The position numbers were made by a program, and so were the translations under genes. A stretch of 64,000 bases of DNA from Bdellovibrionales bacterium (GTDB taxonomy: Bacteria > Bdellovibrionota > Bdellovibrionia > Bdellovibrionales > CAYMLA01), in NCBI GenBank assembly GCA_965217115.1, contig OZ244239.1, positions 1,760,001-1,824,000 on the forward strand. Reading direction: 5' to 3'. Within the stretch, counting starts at the first letter, position 1. Each line of letters opens with the position of its first letter. This document shows, in pieces, positions 30,693-40,461 of the stretch. The notes beneath the pieces were generated by a model. It did not search any database. It was not told the DNA's origin and saw only the letters and a list, made by a program, of their open reading frames with translations.

Positions 30693-31526
30693 TTATTCTT
30701 TCACATCTGAATGGCATGACATCATAATTTTTAAAAATTCCTTTTGGTATTCAGTAAAAATGTCCTTGAAAAAAGTAGCATCTACAGGGCCAAATAGAGG
30801 AATAGAAACCTCATCAGAATAAACATATTTTTGGAATGCTTCCACAATATTATAATCATTTGATTTAAGAGGGAGCCCCTGATCGACCTCCCTTTTATTA
30901 AAATCATAAATAACTTTAGCCCAAGGGCTAAGAGATTCAATTTTTTTACTTATACACTTACAATATAATTTTTTTTCATCTTGGAGAAGTCCAAGGTCAT
31001 TAAAAAATTTAATGTTTTCAAAGTAAATTTTTTTGCAACTTTCTGGAAAGGAATTTCGATCTTTATTAGTAAAGTAGTCTTGGTAGTAAAGAATACAGGC
31101 AATAAAAAATACTAATCCAAGACATCCAATTAAGGCATCTCTAACTCTTATTGTCTCCACATTGTCAAAAATATCAATGTCATCATTATCCCAGCTAATA
31201 CAAAAGCCTACAAAAAAAGCAGGAATGAAATTAATGACCAATGGTATTGTTTGAAATGCCAAATTTGTAAAAAACAAACTTCCCATAACGAAAAAAATAC
31301 CAATGCCAACACCAAGTATAAGACTATGAAAGAATCTATAGAAAAAAAACTTTGGTTCTTTAAATAGACATCTTACTTTTCTAGGAATGTTGCGTATCAA
31401 AAGGTAACAAGCATAAATCAATGCTAAAAGAATCAATACACTAATTATTATATCCCCTAAACGATCTAAGGACTCAGCGAAATTAGTGGAGAAAATTTTA
31501 TCTATTAATATCGCTACATAATACAT
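30693..31526 (-). CDS. Hypothetical membrane protein
   Basis: 277-aa AT-rich ORF with several N-terminal TM helices and a soluble C-terminal domain containing CKC. Confidence 0.65.
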   Translation of the reverse strand: MYYVAILIDKIFSTNFAESLDRLGDIIISVLILLALIYACYLLIRNIPRKVRCLFKEPKFFFYRFFHSLILGVGIGIFFVMGSLFFTNLAFQTIPLVINFIPAFFVGFCISWDNDDIDIFDNVETIRVRDALIGCLGLVFFIACILYYQDYFTNKDRNSFPESCKKIYFENIKFFNDLGLLQDEKKLYCKCISKKIESLSPWAKVIYDFNKREVDQGLPLKSNDYNIVEAFQKYVYSDEVSIPLFGPVDATFFKDIFTEYQKEFLKIMMSCHSDVKE

Positions 31527-32076
31527 TTAACGAAAACCAGCCTTTCCCATTTACTCTAATTGTTTGGTAAAATATCTTTATTAAGTTTTAATTCGTACTT
31601 AATGACTTTAGATAGACAAATATTTAAGAAACAATCTATCCAAAGTAGTTTCCAAGACTCTTTAGGCTCGAATTCTCCTTTAGCTAGTCTCTTTAATTTA
31701 TGTATCACGAACACTCCCCGCTATTCTCAACTCTGCAATCCTAGAATTTTTATTCCCATGAATAACATGTCTATAAATATTTATCGTCATACGTTAATAA
31801 CATATTCAGAGCTACTGATTAGAACTAGTACTTTGACTAGCTAATTTTTTCCTTATTTTATCTAGGGAAACAGGAAAAAAAGCTAAGTGTCAGTTACGCC
31901 GCTTCTCAAGTTTTACGTGGCTCAGCTATTTGGAGAGAGGTTAATTTTAGCTGTTGCTTAAATTAGGCACAGGACTCATTTTTAAAGTCTATATGAAACT
32001 CTCTGTTGGGCATCAAAAACCAACACTTTGTTGGTTTTTGATTGATTAGGCATATTAACTGTTGTAGTAAGTTCTT

Positions 32077-32841
32077 ATGAATCAATCAGAGGTTAACAAT
32101 AGGGCATTCAAATTTTTTTTAGAAAATGAACTTGAGAGAAGGCAAGCTAAGAATAGTAGCTATTCATTACGTTCATTTGCTAAATTTTTAGAGATAGATG
32201 CCCCAACATTATCTAAAATTTTGAATGGTAAAAAAGTGATTGGTGAGAAACTAATTACTAGACTTAGTGAAAAATTAGGAAGTACTCCAAACAGCTTCCT
32301 CTGTAAAGAGTGTAGCTCTGAAGAGGATTTTTCTTTTCACCTTTTAACCAAAGACCAAGCACAGTATCTATCCCATTGGTATTATTATGCGATTTTAGAG
32401 GTAATTGAATTAGATGACTTCCAGTATGATTATAAATGGATTAGCAAAAGACTAAATATACCGTATAAGCAAGCTCAGACGGCAATAGAAAGAATGATAC
32501 GACTAGGACTTATTGAAAAAAGAAATGGTTGTTTGATAGATAAAACGAGTGGCAAAACTACAAACATTAGTTCTGAGCTGTCATCAAGCTCAAGAAGAGA
32601 ACACCAAAAAGAAATTTTAGAGTTAGCTATTGATGCACTTGAAAACACATCTCCATACATAAGAGATCAAAGTTCAATGACTGTATCAATTAACACTGAT
32701 GATATCCCTAAAACAAAGGCCCTTATTAAACAATTCAGACGAGATATGTCGAAATTTTTAAATAATTCAAAAAACAAAGATCAAGTTTATAATTTAGGGA
32801 TTTCGTTTTATCCCGTAACAAAGGGGATATTCAATGAGTAA
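32077..32841 (+). CDS. TIGR02147-family (HTH + DUF4423-like) putative regulator
   Basis: KNSSYSLRSFAKFLEI, WYYYAILE, WISKRL, VYNLGISFYP; pattern of the family expanded in Bdellovibrionota. Confidence 0.85.
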   Translation: MNQSEVNNRAFKFFLENELERRQAKNSSYSLRSFAKFLEIDAPTLSKILNGKKVIGEKLITRLSEKLGSTPNSFLCKECSSEEDFSFHLLTKDQAQYLSHWYYYAILEVIELDDFQYDYKWISKRLNIPYKQAQTAIERMIRLGLIEKRNGCLIDKTSGKTTNISSELSSSSRREHQKEILELAIDALENTSPYIRDQSSMTVSINTDDIPKTKALIKQFRRDMSKFLNNSKNKDQVYNLGISFYPVTKGIFNE

Positions 32842-33778
32842 CAAAACTATCATTCTATTACTTTTCATAACATTTTCAATTAATTCATTTTCTGGTGAAC
32901 GAGAAGGTGGTGCTGGCAACTTATACATCAAGAATTTTGTACAGGTCGCAAAAGAAACAATAGTAGAGATTGAAAAAAAGTCAGAGAATAATTACTCTAA
33001 TATGCTAAATCAGGCATTAAAGAAAGTTACAAAAAGTGACTCTATTCAATTAGTAAAAGAACTTGTTGATAGAAAAGGTCGCCCTATTGAAGAAAATAAT
33101 CTTTACGCATACTCATGGCCAGGAAAAATTCAACTTCTTGAAGATGTTTGGCTTGGCTGGCTAGAAGACTTAGATATAGCAAGAAAATATAAAGCTGATA
33201 TTATTCATGAGCTTTTTAGAACAATAAAAGTTGATATGGATGATGATTATAGTATCTCCATTGTCGAGCTTCAATTAGGTATTCTTGAGGGGGAAGCGAG
33301 AATAGAAGAACATGAAAATGATTTGCTATCACTTCTTAGAGCTGGGGCGATAGTAATTACAGGGGCAACTGATGGTACAGAAGGCTCCTTCTGGTGGTTA
33401 AGTAACTCAGATGATATCACTGTCCGTAAAGGAAGAAATATTACAAATATTGTGAAAGCTGGAATTAAAGCTGCTAAGAATAAAAAATTAGTACGTTTTA
33501 TGAAAGCATGTTCAAGTGCAGGCGGTTGGGCAAATCAAGGTAAGTGCTTTTCTAAGGGATTAGAAAAAATAAACTTAGACATCTATATCTCTTCTACGAT
33601 GGCAAAACATGTGGTGAAAAAAATGTGTTCAAATGCTCGAATGTATGCTGATGGAGGGAGGTGTCTAAAAAGTGCTGTGCCGCTTATTAACGATCCTATT
33701 TTGCAAGATTCAACGGCTGGGTGCGAGTTTTTGAATAGCGGGGATTCAATTACAAATTGCTATCTCTCAGGACTTTAA
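32834..33778 (+). CDS. Secreted hypothetical protein with Cys-rich C-terminal repeats
   Basis: Signal peptide, then GEREGGAGN; three C-x(10-11)-C motifs near the C-terminus. Confidence 0.7.
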   Translation: MSNKTIILLLFITFSINSFSGEREGGAGNLYIKNFVQVAKETIVEIEKKSENNYSNMLNQALKKVTKSDSIQLVKELVDRKGRPIEENNLYAYSWPGKIQLLEDVWLGWLEDLDIARKYKADIIHELFRTIKVDMDDDYSISIVELQLGILEGEARIEEHENDLLSLLRAGAIVITGATDGTEGSFWWLSNSDDITVRKGRNITNIVKAGIKAAKNKKLVRFMKACSSAGGWANQGKCFSKGLEKINLDIYISSTMAKHVVKKMCSNARMYADGGRCLKSAVPLINDPILQDSTAGCEFLNSGDSITNCYLSGL

Positions 33779-33813
33779 TTTTTAAAACTAACTTCATTTA
33801 CAAAGGAATAATT

Positions 33814-34218
33814 ATGAAAAAAACCATTACAGTAATACTCTTTTTTACCGCTTTAAATTCTCAGGCAAATACAGATATGAGACAAAAAAAATATGCAGAA
33901 TTAATTGATGGTGAACTTTTTAGCCAATGTATTAGTAGAAGTTGGCGTTACAATAGAAAAACATGGTTTGGAGCGACATTTATATATTCAAAAACAATTT
34001 TATTGAAGAAGTGGTTAGTGGATGATTTTGATGACCTAATAGAAGGTAGCCTAGAAAGTATTATTCAAAGAATTGGTATTTCAGAGGCTACTTCAGGAGT
34101 TCATAGAAGTGAAGAAAGCGCAGTAAAAGAATGTGAAACGAGAATGCTACAAAAGAAATACTCTGCAAACACTAAAGAAGAGATTAATGCTGCCATTGAG
34201 CGTTTTTTAAATAACTAA
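33814..34218 (+). CDS. Secreted hypothetical protein
   Basis: AAAGGA SD, signal peptide MKKTITVILFFTALNSQA. Confidence 0.7.
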   Translation: MKKTITVILFFTALNSQANTDMRQKKYAELIDGELFSQCISRSWRYNRKTWFGATFIYSKTILLKKWLVDDFDDLIEGSLESIIQRIGISEATSGVHRSEESAVKECETRMLQKKYSANTKEEINAAIERFLNN

Positions 34219-34238
34219 ATAAAAAACATTAACTTTCT

Positions 34239-34266
34239 AGGGCATCTTTTTAGATGCCTTGTTTTT
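34239..34266 (+). terminator. Probable intrinsic terminator
   Basis: GGCATCT-TTTT-AGATGCC followed by TTGTTTTT. Confidence 0.6.
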
Positions 34267-34271
34267 GGAAG

Positions 34272-34322
34272 GGCGGTTCCTCCATTAATCTGTAAACTTT
34301 CAATTTGAGTCATGTTGCATTT
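34272..34322 (+). repeat. Dispersed 50-65-bp repeat, copy a
   Basis: GGCGGTTCCTCCATTAATCTGTAAACTTTCAATTTGAGTCATGTTGCATT; also at 35003 (direct) and 61884-61950 (inverted). Confidence 0.9.
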
Positions 34323-34975
34323 TGAATTTTTTTAGAATAAAAAAGAAAGAGATAGCCAGTATCAAGGAAAAAGCACATCAAACCCAAAAAGTGAAGGAAT
34401 GTCTTATTTGGATAGTGCAAATAAACTCCAATTGAGATGCCTAAAGTTCCTAACATTTTAAACCAAGCGGCAACTTTTGAAAAATCAGTAGGTCTTGAGT
34501 GCTTAAGATAGAGCAGAATATATGTGGAAGAAATTACTAGATTTAGAATATACCCAGTATGGGCCCCACTAGGAACTTCAAGGCCAGATTTTACAAAGGT
34601 AAAATGAAAAAATAACCAAAACAATATTGAAAGGATGTATAAGATATTAAATTGCCATTTCTTGAAAGTGAATGAAAATTGCTTCCATCCATATTTAAAT
34701 ACAGCATAAATAATAATAAGACTCAAAAAAAACCAAATTTTGTAAGCTATTTCAAAAACCGTTCCCATATCAGTAGGGAAAAGAAAACTAAAGATAAACT
34801 CCCAAGCAATATTCCCCGTCGCTGCGAAAACAGGCATTTCGATAAATTTCTTTCTGTAAATATTAACTGCAAAAGATATATAGACTATCACCCAACAGTA
34901 GGCTCCACAGGCAAAAAAGACTAATTCTAGGGGAGGGTATATTTGTAAATTAACAAGATCATTCAAATGGTTCAC
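34310..34975 (-). CDS. PaxB/Pyr4-like integral membrane terpene cyclase homolog
   Basis: About 7 TM helices; W..VY.....N.Y.KK..EMP..A..GNIAWEF.F motif typical of the PaxB/Pyr4 family. Confidence 0.7.
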   Translation of the reverse strand: MNHLNDLVNLQIYPPLELVFFACGAYCWVIVYISFAVNIYRKKFIEMPVFAATGNIAWEFIFSFLFPTDMGTVFEIAYKIWFFLSLIIIYAVFKYGWKQFSFTFKKWQFNILYILSILFWLFFHFTFVKSGLEVPSGAHTGYILNLVISSTYILLYLKHSRPTDFSKVAAWFKMLGTLGISIGVYLHYPNKTFLHFLGLMCFFLDTGYLFLFYSKKIQNAT

Positions 34976-35002
34976 CCCTTTTTATAAATTTAACAGAATC
35001 TA

Positions 35003-35068
35003 GGCGGTTCCCCCATTAGTCTGTAAACTTTCAATTTGAGTCATGTTGCATTAAGCACATAGCATAGA
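35003..35068 (+). repeat. Dispersed 50-65-bp repeat, copy b
   Basis: GGCGGTTCCCCCATTAGTCTGTAAACTTTCAATTTGAGTCATGTTGCATTAAGCACATAGCATAGA. Confidence 0.9.
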
Positions 35069-35133
35069 TTTATCCTTTGATGCAAACTCCATCATCTAGG
35101 TTAAGAAATAAATGCTCATTGAGGCACTCATCT

Positions 35134-35460
35134 CTAAGGCGGCTGTTGAAAAATTTCGATAACTTGATTAGGTTTTTTGACTCTGGTGAAGTCAAGACGG
35201 ATTTTATTCCAATCGCGAGAGCCTTTTTTAAGTGAGACGGAATCGGGTACAGCATGGAGCCAGATTCCTGATCCAGACTGACCATTTCGTTGATCAAAAA
35301 AATAATTAGAGTAGGTGGTATTGAAGGCGAGGCTGCTAGACTCTTCATAAAGAAGATTCGGACCTTGGTATTTATGGGTCATAAAATAAACTTCTTCAGG
35401 AGTTTTCAGGTCGCCGAGAATGAATTTGTCACCAGAGCCCTTCAGGGATATGGTTTTTAC
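35134..35460 (-). pseudogene. L,D-transpeptidase (YkuD family) remnant
   Basis: In-frame extension gives GSGDKFILGDLKTPEEVYF...GSGIWLHAVP...KGSRDW. The catalytic SxGC is degraded, there is an upstream in-frame TAG, and no proper start. Confidence 0.65.
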
Positions 35461-35765
35461 CTATAAGAGGAACTGCTTTTAATTCATCGAGATGACTTTT
35501 GGATATGGGGTCGTCAGCTGATAGCGAACCGTAAGGTACTGAAAATACAAGGGAAACAGACATAACACGGAAATAACTCTTCTCTCTCAGAGTTGATCAT
35601 ATTGACTGATGGGTCGATAGGTTTGTCAAGAGGGGAAAAGCGTGACAATGTCTCTTTTTTCCTCTAAATATTTGCAGTGAATGAATGCAAAATTTTAAAG
35701 CGCCTTAAATGGCTACATATAAACCCCCTATATATTCGAACATCTTTAGAGAGGAGAAAGTTTTT

Positions 35766-37157
35766 ATGAAATTACATGCATGGACCTCTTTTTTATTTGC
35801 ACTTACCGTTGTTAATGCTCATGGAGCGTCCAAAAGTTTAGCTAAAATCTCGCTTGAGAAAAGCTCACAATTGCCAGAGATTTCTCTAAAACTAGAGGTG
35901 GAAAAGTACAAATTAAAGAATGGGTTAACTGTTCTGTTACATGAAGATCATTCAGCACCTATCGTCAGTTACCAAACGTGGTTTCGTGTTGGCTCCAAGG
36001 ATGAAAAACCAGGGATAACAGGGATAGCACATTTTTTGGAACATTTAATGTTTAAGGGTGCTAAGCGATACACAGGTAAACTTTTTGATAAATTAATGCA
36101 AGCCAATGGTATTACAAATAATGCTTTTACATCTTTAGATTATACAGGTTATTACGAAAATCTCCCAAGCTCTAAATTGGAGCTTATAGTGGATATGGAA
36201 TCAGATCGTATGGAAAACCTCGCCCTGCGTAAGCAGGATTTTAAGAGCGAAAGAGAGGTTGTAAAAGAGGAGCGTCGCTCTCGTGTGGATAATAGCCCCG
36301 TGGGTAAAATGAGTGAGGTCACTTATCACACGATTTTTAAGGTAGCTCCCTACCGTTGGCCAGTGATTGGCTGGATGAGAGATCTAAATAGCATTAATAT
36401 TAAGAATGTCAGAAATTTTTGGAAAAGATTTTATGCTCCAAACAATGCGGTTCTTGTTATTGCAGGCGACATAGATAAAAAGCGTGTTAAAAAATTGGTT
36501 GAAAAATACTATGGACATATTTCCTCTTCGACTAAAATCACCCGTAACTATGCTAAGGAGCCAAGACAGAGTGGGCAGAGAAATGTTGTTATTCGTAAAA
36601 ACATCAAGAGTCCTTATTTCTCTATTGCTTATAAAATTCCCGGGTCAGGTAAAGAGGACGTTTTTGCTCTGGACCTACTGGCAAGTATTTTGGGCCACGG
36701 TCATTCCAGTCGTTTGTATAAACGCTTAGTCTATAAAGAACAATCAGCGGGAGAAATTGGAGTTTCAAGTTATACACCTAAGGAAGCCGGGATTTTTCGT
36801 ATTAGTGGCTCTATCCCTGTCAGTGATAAATCGAATCAGAAATTAGAAAAAGCTATAAAGGGTGTTTTTGCGGAAATTTTGAGAGTTTCTCAGCAGAAGG
36901 TTTCAGAGAAAGAGCTATTGAAAGCTAAAAATCGGTTAATGAAAACTTATGTAGATTCCTTGACAACGATCAGTGGCAAGGCTGAGGTGCTAGCGTTAAA
37001 TGAAATTATTTTTAATTCTTATCAGGTGTTTTTTACAGATTTACAACGTTACAATTCTGTAAGTTTAGAAAAAATCCGTGAAGTGGCTAGAAAATATCTA
37101 AAACCCTCTCGCCGTTCAGTGATAAGACTTCTCCCTAAGAAAAAAGAGGTACTGTAG
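35766..37157 (+). CDS. M16 (insulinase/pitrilysin) zinc peptidase, catalytic subunit
   Basis: GIAHFLEHLMFKG (HxxEH), NAFT, EREVVKEERR. Confidence 0.93.
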   Translation: MKLHAWTSFLFALTVVNAHGASKSLAKISLEKSSQLPEISLKLEVEKYKLKNGLTVLLHEDHSAPIVSYQTWFRVGSKDEKPGITGIAHFLEHLMFKGAKRYTGKLFDKLMQANGITNNAFTSLDYTGYYENLPSSKLELIVDMESDRMENLALRKQDFKSEREVVKEERRSRVDNSPVGKMSEVTYHTIFKVAPYRWPVIGWMRDLNSINIKNVRNFWKRFYAPNNAVLVIAGDIDKKRVKKLVEKYYGHISSSTKITRNYAKEPRQSGQRNVVIRKNIKSPYFSIAYKIPGSGKEDVFALDLLASILGHGHSSRLYKRLVYKEQSAGEIGVSSYTPKEAGIFRISGSIPVSDKSNQKLEKAIKGVFAEILRVSQQKVSEKELLKAKNRLMKTYVDSLTTISGKAEVLALNEIIFNSYQVFFTDLQRYNSVSLEKIREVARKYLKPSRRSVIRLLPKKKEVL

Positions 37158-38594
37158 ATGAAAATAAAAATGAAGATAAAGATGTTTGGAGTAGGGCTCT
37201 TGGTGAGTATTTCCGGGCTGATACTTTTATCAGGCTGTTCGTCTTTGAATATGGGATCAAGTGGTATTTCCTCTAAAGCACCCTCTTTTAAGCCCTACAA
37301 AGAAAAGAGACTTTCTAATGGGTTGAGATTGATTGTTATTCCTGATCGAACTTTACCACGCTTTAGTATAGGGCTAATGGTATTTACAGGGCTAGTGAAT
37401 GATCCTAAATCTAAAGAGGGTTTGAATTCCTTAACGGCTCAAGTGCTATCTAAAGGAACTAAAAGTAAGAGTGCCATTGAGATGGCTGATGCTTTCGGGG
37501 ATCTAGGAACATCATTTTCTCAACAAGCCGGTGATGAGCACTCTTTTTTTTCAAGCAGTAGTTTATCTTTCCATAAGGAAAAACTTTTTGACCTTTTTTA
37601 TGAAACGTTGATGTCTCCGGTATTCGCAAAATCTGAAATAAGACGTTTAAAAAAACAAATGATAAATCAAATCGAACGGAGATCAGATAACCCTTCTGCA
37701 TTTGCGAGTGTTAGTTTCAAGCGCTTTGTTTACGGAAAGCATTCTGCGGGGAACCCATTTAATGGCTCAATAAAGTCAGTGAAACGTTTGAATAAGCAGG
37801 ATGTGACAGGTCATTATTTGCGTTATTATCGCCCGAACAATGCTGTGATGTATATAACAGGAGATTTTTCTCCTAGCTTCCTTAAGCGTGTAGAAAGAAA
37901 AATGGCTTTGTGGAAGAGTCGAGATCTACCCGCCCTGAATTTATCCTCACCTGTCATTAAAAAAGAGGGTCTAAAAATTCGATTGGTTCATAAGAAAGGG
38001 CTCAAACAAGCTCAAATACGTATGGGCCATTTGAGTGTGAAGCGTAGAGATAGAGACTTTTTCCCCCTTAAAATGTCATCTACTATTTTAGGTGGAGGTT
38101 TTTCTAGCCGACTTAATCAGAAAATTCGCGATGATTTAGGGTTAACATATTCAGTGTACTCTTCTTTAAGAGCTAAAAGACAATGGGGAAGCTTGTCTAT
38201 ATCCACCTTTACGCGTAATGAAAAAACTGGACAGACGATTAGTGAAATTTTGAGTCTTTACAAGAAAATAGCGAACAAGGGAGTGTTATCTAAAGAGTTG
38301 AAAGATAATAAGGCTTTGATGATAGGAAGGTTTCCTCGCCAGATGGAAACGGCTGATGACTTGGCTTTTAATTTGCTGATGTTGAGATTGTATAATGTAA
38401 CCGACAGTTATCTTCATAATTATTTAAGAAATGTGAATAACCTAAGTTTAAGCAAGGTGAATCGTGTTATTAGAAAAAATTTTCGACCTAACGATATGAG
38501 AATACTCGTTTATGGCGATGCCTTTAAAGTTCTCAGGCAGCTTAAAAAAATAGGTGATGTTGAAGTTGTCTCATACAAGAGGTCTCTATTATAG
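37158..38594 (+). CDS. M16 peptidase partner subunit (lipoprotein, lacks HxxEH)
   Basis: LSGC lipobox, LSNGL, ILGGGFSSRLNQKIRDDLGLTYS. Confidence 0.88.
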   Translation: MKIKMKIKMFGVGLLVSISGLILLSGCSSLNMGSSGISSKAPSFKPYKEKRLSNGLRLIVIPDRTLPRFSIGLMVFTGLVNDPKSKEGLNSLTAQVLSKGTKSKSAIEMADAFGDLGTSFSQQAGDEHSFFSSSSLSFHKEKLFDLFYETLMSPVFAKSEIRRLKKQMINQIERRSDNPSAFASVSFKRFVYGKHSAGNPFNGSIKSVKRLNKQDVTGHYLRYYRPNNAVMYITGDFSPSFLKRVERKMALWKSRDLPALNLSSPVIKKEGLKIRLVHKKGLKQAQIRMGHLSVKRRDRDFFPLKMSSTILGGGFSSRLNQKIRDDLGLTYSVYSSLRAKRQWGSLSISTFTRNEKTGQTISEILSLYKKIANKGVLSKELKDNKALMIGRFPRQMETADDLAFNLLMLRLYNVTDSYLHNYLRNVNNLSLSKVNRVIRKNFRPNDMRILVYGDAFKVLRQLKKIGDVEVVSYKRSLL

Positions 38595-38646
38595 ATAATC
38601 GGTTTGGCCCCATAGAAAAGAAAGTTTCCCATGGCCTTGTGATTGG

Positions 38647-39393
38647 TTACTTTCTTTTTTTATAGAAAAGATAACCACCGATAGCGATGAGTAGCAGTGC
38701 TAGCCCTAGTATTAAGTCAGATGTGTTACTTGATGATGAATTGAGATCATTTTCTAAATCACCATCATCTTCTCCCAACTCTTGTCCCATAATATGTCCA
38801 ATGGGTGAGCCAATAGTTTCAGAGCCAGGGCGTATAGAACCTATGGATGGTCGATTTAGTAAGCCTTTGGAGGCGATAACCCGTAGACTTTTAATGGCAC
38901 TAAAAAAATCTTTACTGTAGCGGGTGTAGAATTTCTTATGGGCACTGAAGGTGACAAGAATGGCAATTCTATCCTTTAAGGTTGTCATGTATCGAGTGTA
39001 ATAAGAGGGAAGTTCGCTGCCTAAATGCCAGCCATCAACCCAGGTGTGGTCATTGATTTTCTCTTCTTTTACATGGTAGATTTTTGATTGCGAGTTCTGT
39101 CCTTTATGATTTCTCACCAGACGAGGAGTCTTTAAATGGCGTTTGTAGGCACCAAAAGAGTCACTTGGTCCAACTTCTTTGGCCGTAATGATAATAATAG
39201 CTTCCTTGGCTTGTTTTCTGTATTGGCTACGACAAAGCCATTCGGTTTCCTCTAAATGACATTTCCAATTAGGAGGAAGTTCAAAGGAGATATAGGCGTT
39301 ACGGAATACTTTGGCTTGGGATAAACTAGACATAAGTAAAGAAGAGGTGATGATAAGGAAAGAAAAACACAAGAGCCTCATTTGTTGCTTCAT
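38647..39393 (-). CDS. Secreted hypothetical protein with C-terminal TM anchor
   Basis: Signal peptide; C-terminal hydrophobic stretch followed by YKKRK. Confidence 0.75.
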   Translation of the reverse strand: MKQQMRLLCFSFLIITSSLLMSSLSQAKVFRNAYISFELPPNWKCHLEETEWLCRSQYRKQAKEAIIIITAKEVGPSDSFGAYKRHLKTPRLVRNHKGQNSQSKIYHVKEEKINDHTWVDGWHLGSELPSYYTRYMTTLKDRIAILVTFSAHKKFYTRYSKDFFSAIKSLRVIASKGLLNRPSIGSIRPGSETIGSPIGHIMGQELGEDDGDLENDLNSSSSNTSDLILGLALLLIAIGGYLFYKKRK

Positions 39394-39536
39394 CTATAGT
39401 TCTCCTTGTAGCTAAGGCGTTGCCCGTTTTATAGAGTTTGAGAATCAAAAAAACTTATAGTATCTATTAATTGTAATGAATTATAGATAAAAAACAACCG
39501 ATAGGTTATGTTCACATTAAACATGGAGCATCATAC

Positions 39537-40448
39537 ATGATGAATTTTCATCAATTGACTATATTTTGTACAGTTCTCAATGAAGAGAGTATGACGGCAG
39601 CGGCTGATAGGTTGTGTTTGACTCAACCAGCAGTGAGTCAGCAAATTCGTAACTTAGAAGAGGATGTAGGTGCAGACCTATTGGTTCGTGGAGTGAGGAA
39701 AATAAAACCGACACTTCAGGGGCAGCTTTTGTATGATTATGCAAAGAGAATTCTACAGCTAGGTCAACAGGCAGAGATGGCGATTCAAACCATAGGCGCT
39801 GAACTCCGTGGAAATGTGAGAATGGGGAGCTTAAACTCCATTGGGTTACATTTAATTAGCCCTACTGTAGGAATGTTTTTAAAACATAATACGGAATTAA
39901 AATTGAAATTAGATTACAATAGAGGAGAGGAACTTATTCGTGGTATGAACGAAGGTGAATTGGATGCTATTATTCTTCCAGAGACAGAAGAGGAATATGG
40001 CCGAGAAATTCATGGTTCTGATAAAAAGTTTTTAATGAAAGATGAGATGTGGTTGGTGGCATCAGGCCGAGATACATCGATTCCTAAGCATATTAAAATG
40101 GCGACTTTCTTTGAACGTCCCATGGTGGCTTTCTCTGGAGAATATCCCAAATTCAGCTTACGAATGAGAGAGCAAGTGATTAAGCATAACACATCTTTTG
40201 AACCTGTATTTGAATCTTCTAATGTGGGAACTTTAAAAAGAGCGGTGGAGTCAGGTTTGGGTTGGGGTTTTCTTCCATTTCACTGTATACGTAAACAAGT
40301 TCGTTCGGGAAGAATGGTTCGAATTCATGTAGAAGATTTTTCTTATGCTTCAGATTTAAATTTTTATTTTGTTAAAAGTGCAAAGAGGCAATCGATCATT
40401 GATGTCTTTTTCAGAGCATTACAGCATCAGGTCAATTCTATTATTTAA
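39537..40448 (+). CDS. LysR family transcriptional regulator
   Basis: SMTAAADRLCLTQPAVSQQIRNLE HTH; about 300 aa. Confidence 0.95.
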   Translation: MMNFHQLTIFCTVLNEESMTAAADRLCLTQPAVSQQIRNLEEDVGADLLVRGVRKIKPTLQGQLLYDYAKRILQLGQQAEMAIQTIGAELRGNVRMGSLNSIGLHLISPTVGMFLKHNTELKLKLDYNRGEELIRGMNEGELDAIILPETEEEYGREIHGSDKKFLMKDEMWLVASGRDTSIPKHIKMATFFERPMVAFSGEYPKFSLRMREQVIKHNTSFEPVFESSNVGTLKRAVESGLGWGFLPFHCIRKQVRSGRMVRIHVEDFSYASDLNFYFVKSAKRQSIIDVFFRALQHQVNSII

Positions 40449-40461
40449 ATAATTATTCTTC

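Noticed and set aside
31560..31844. 94-aa + strand ORF
   Set aside because: No RBS or motif and AT-rich intergenic character; cannot be supported.
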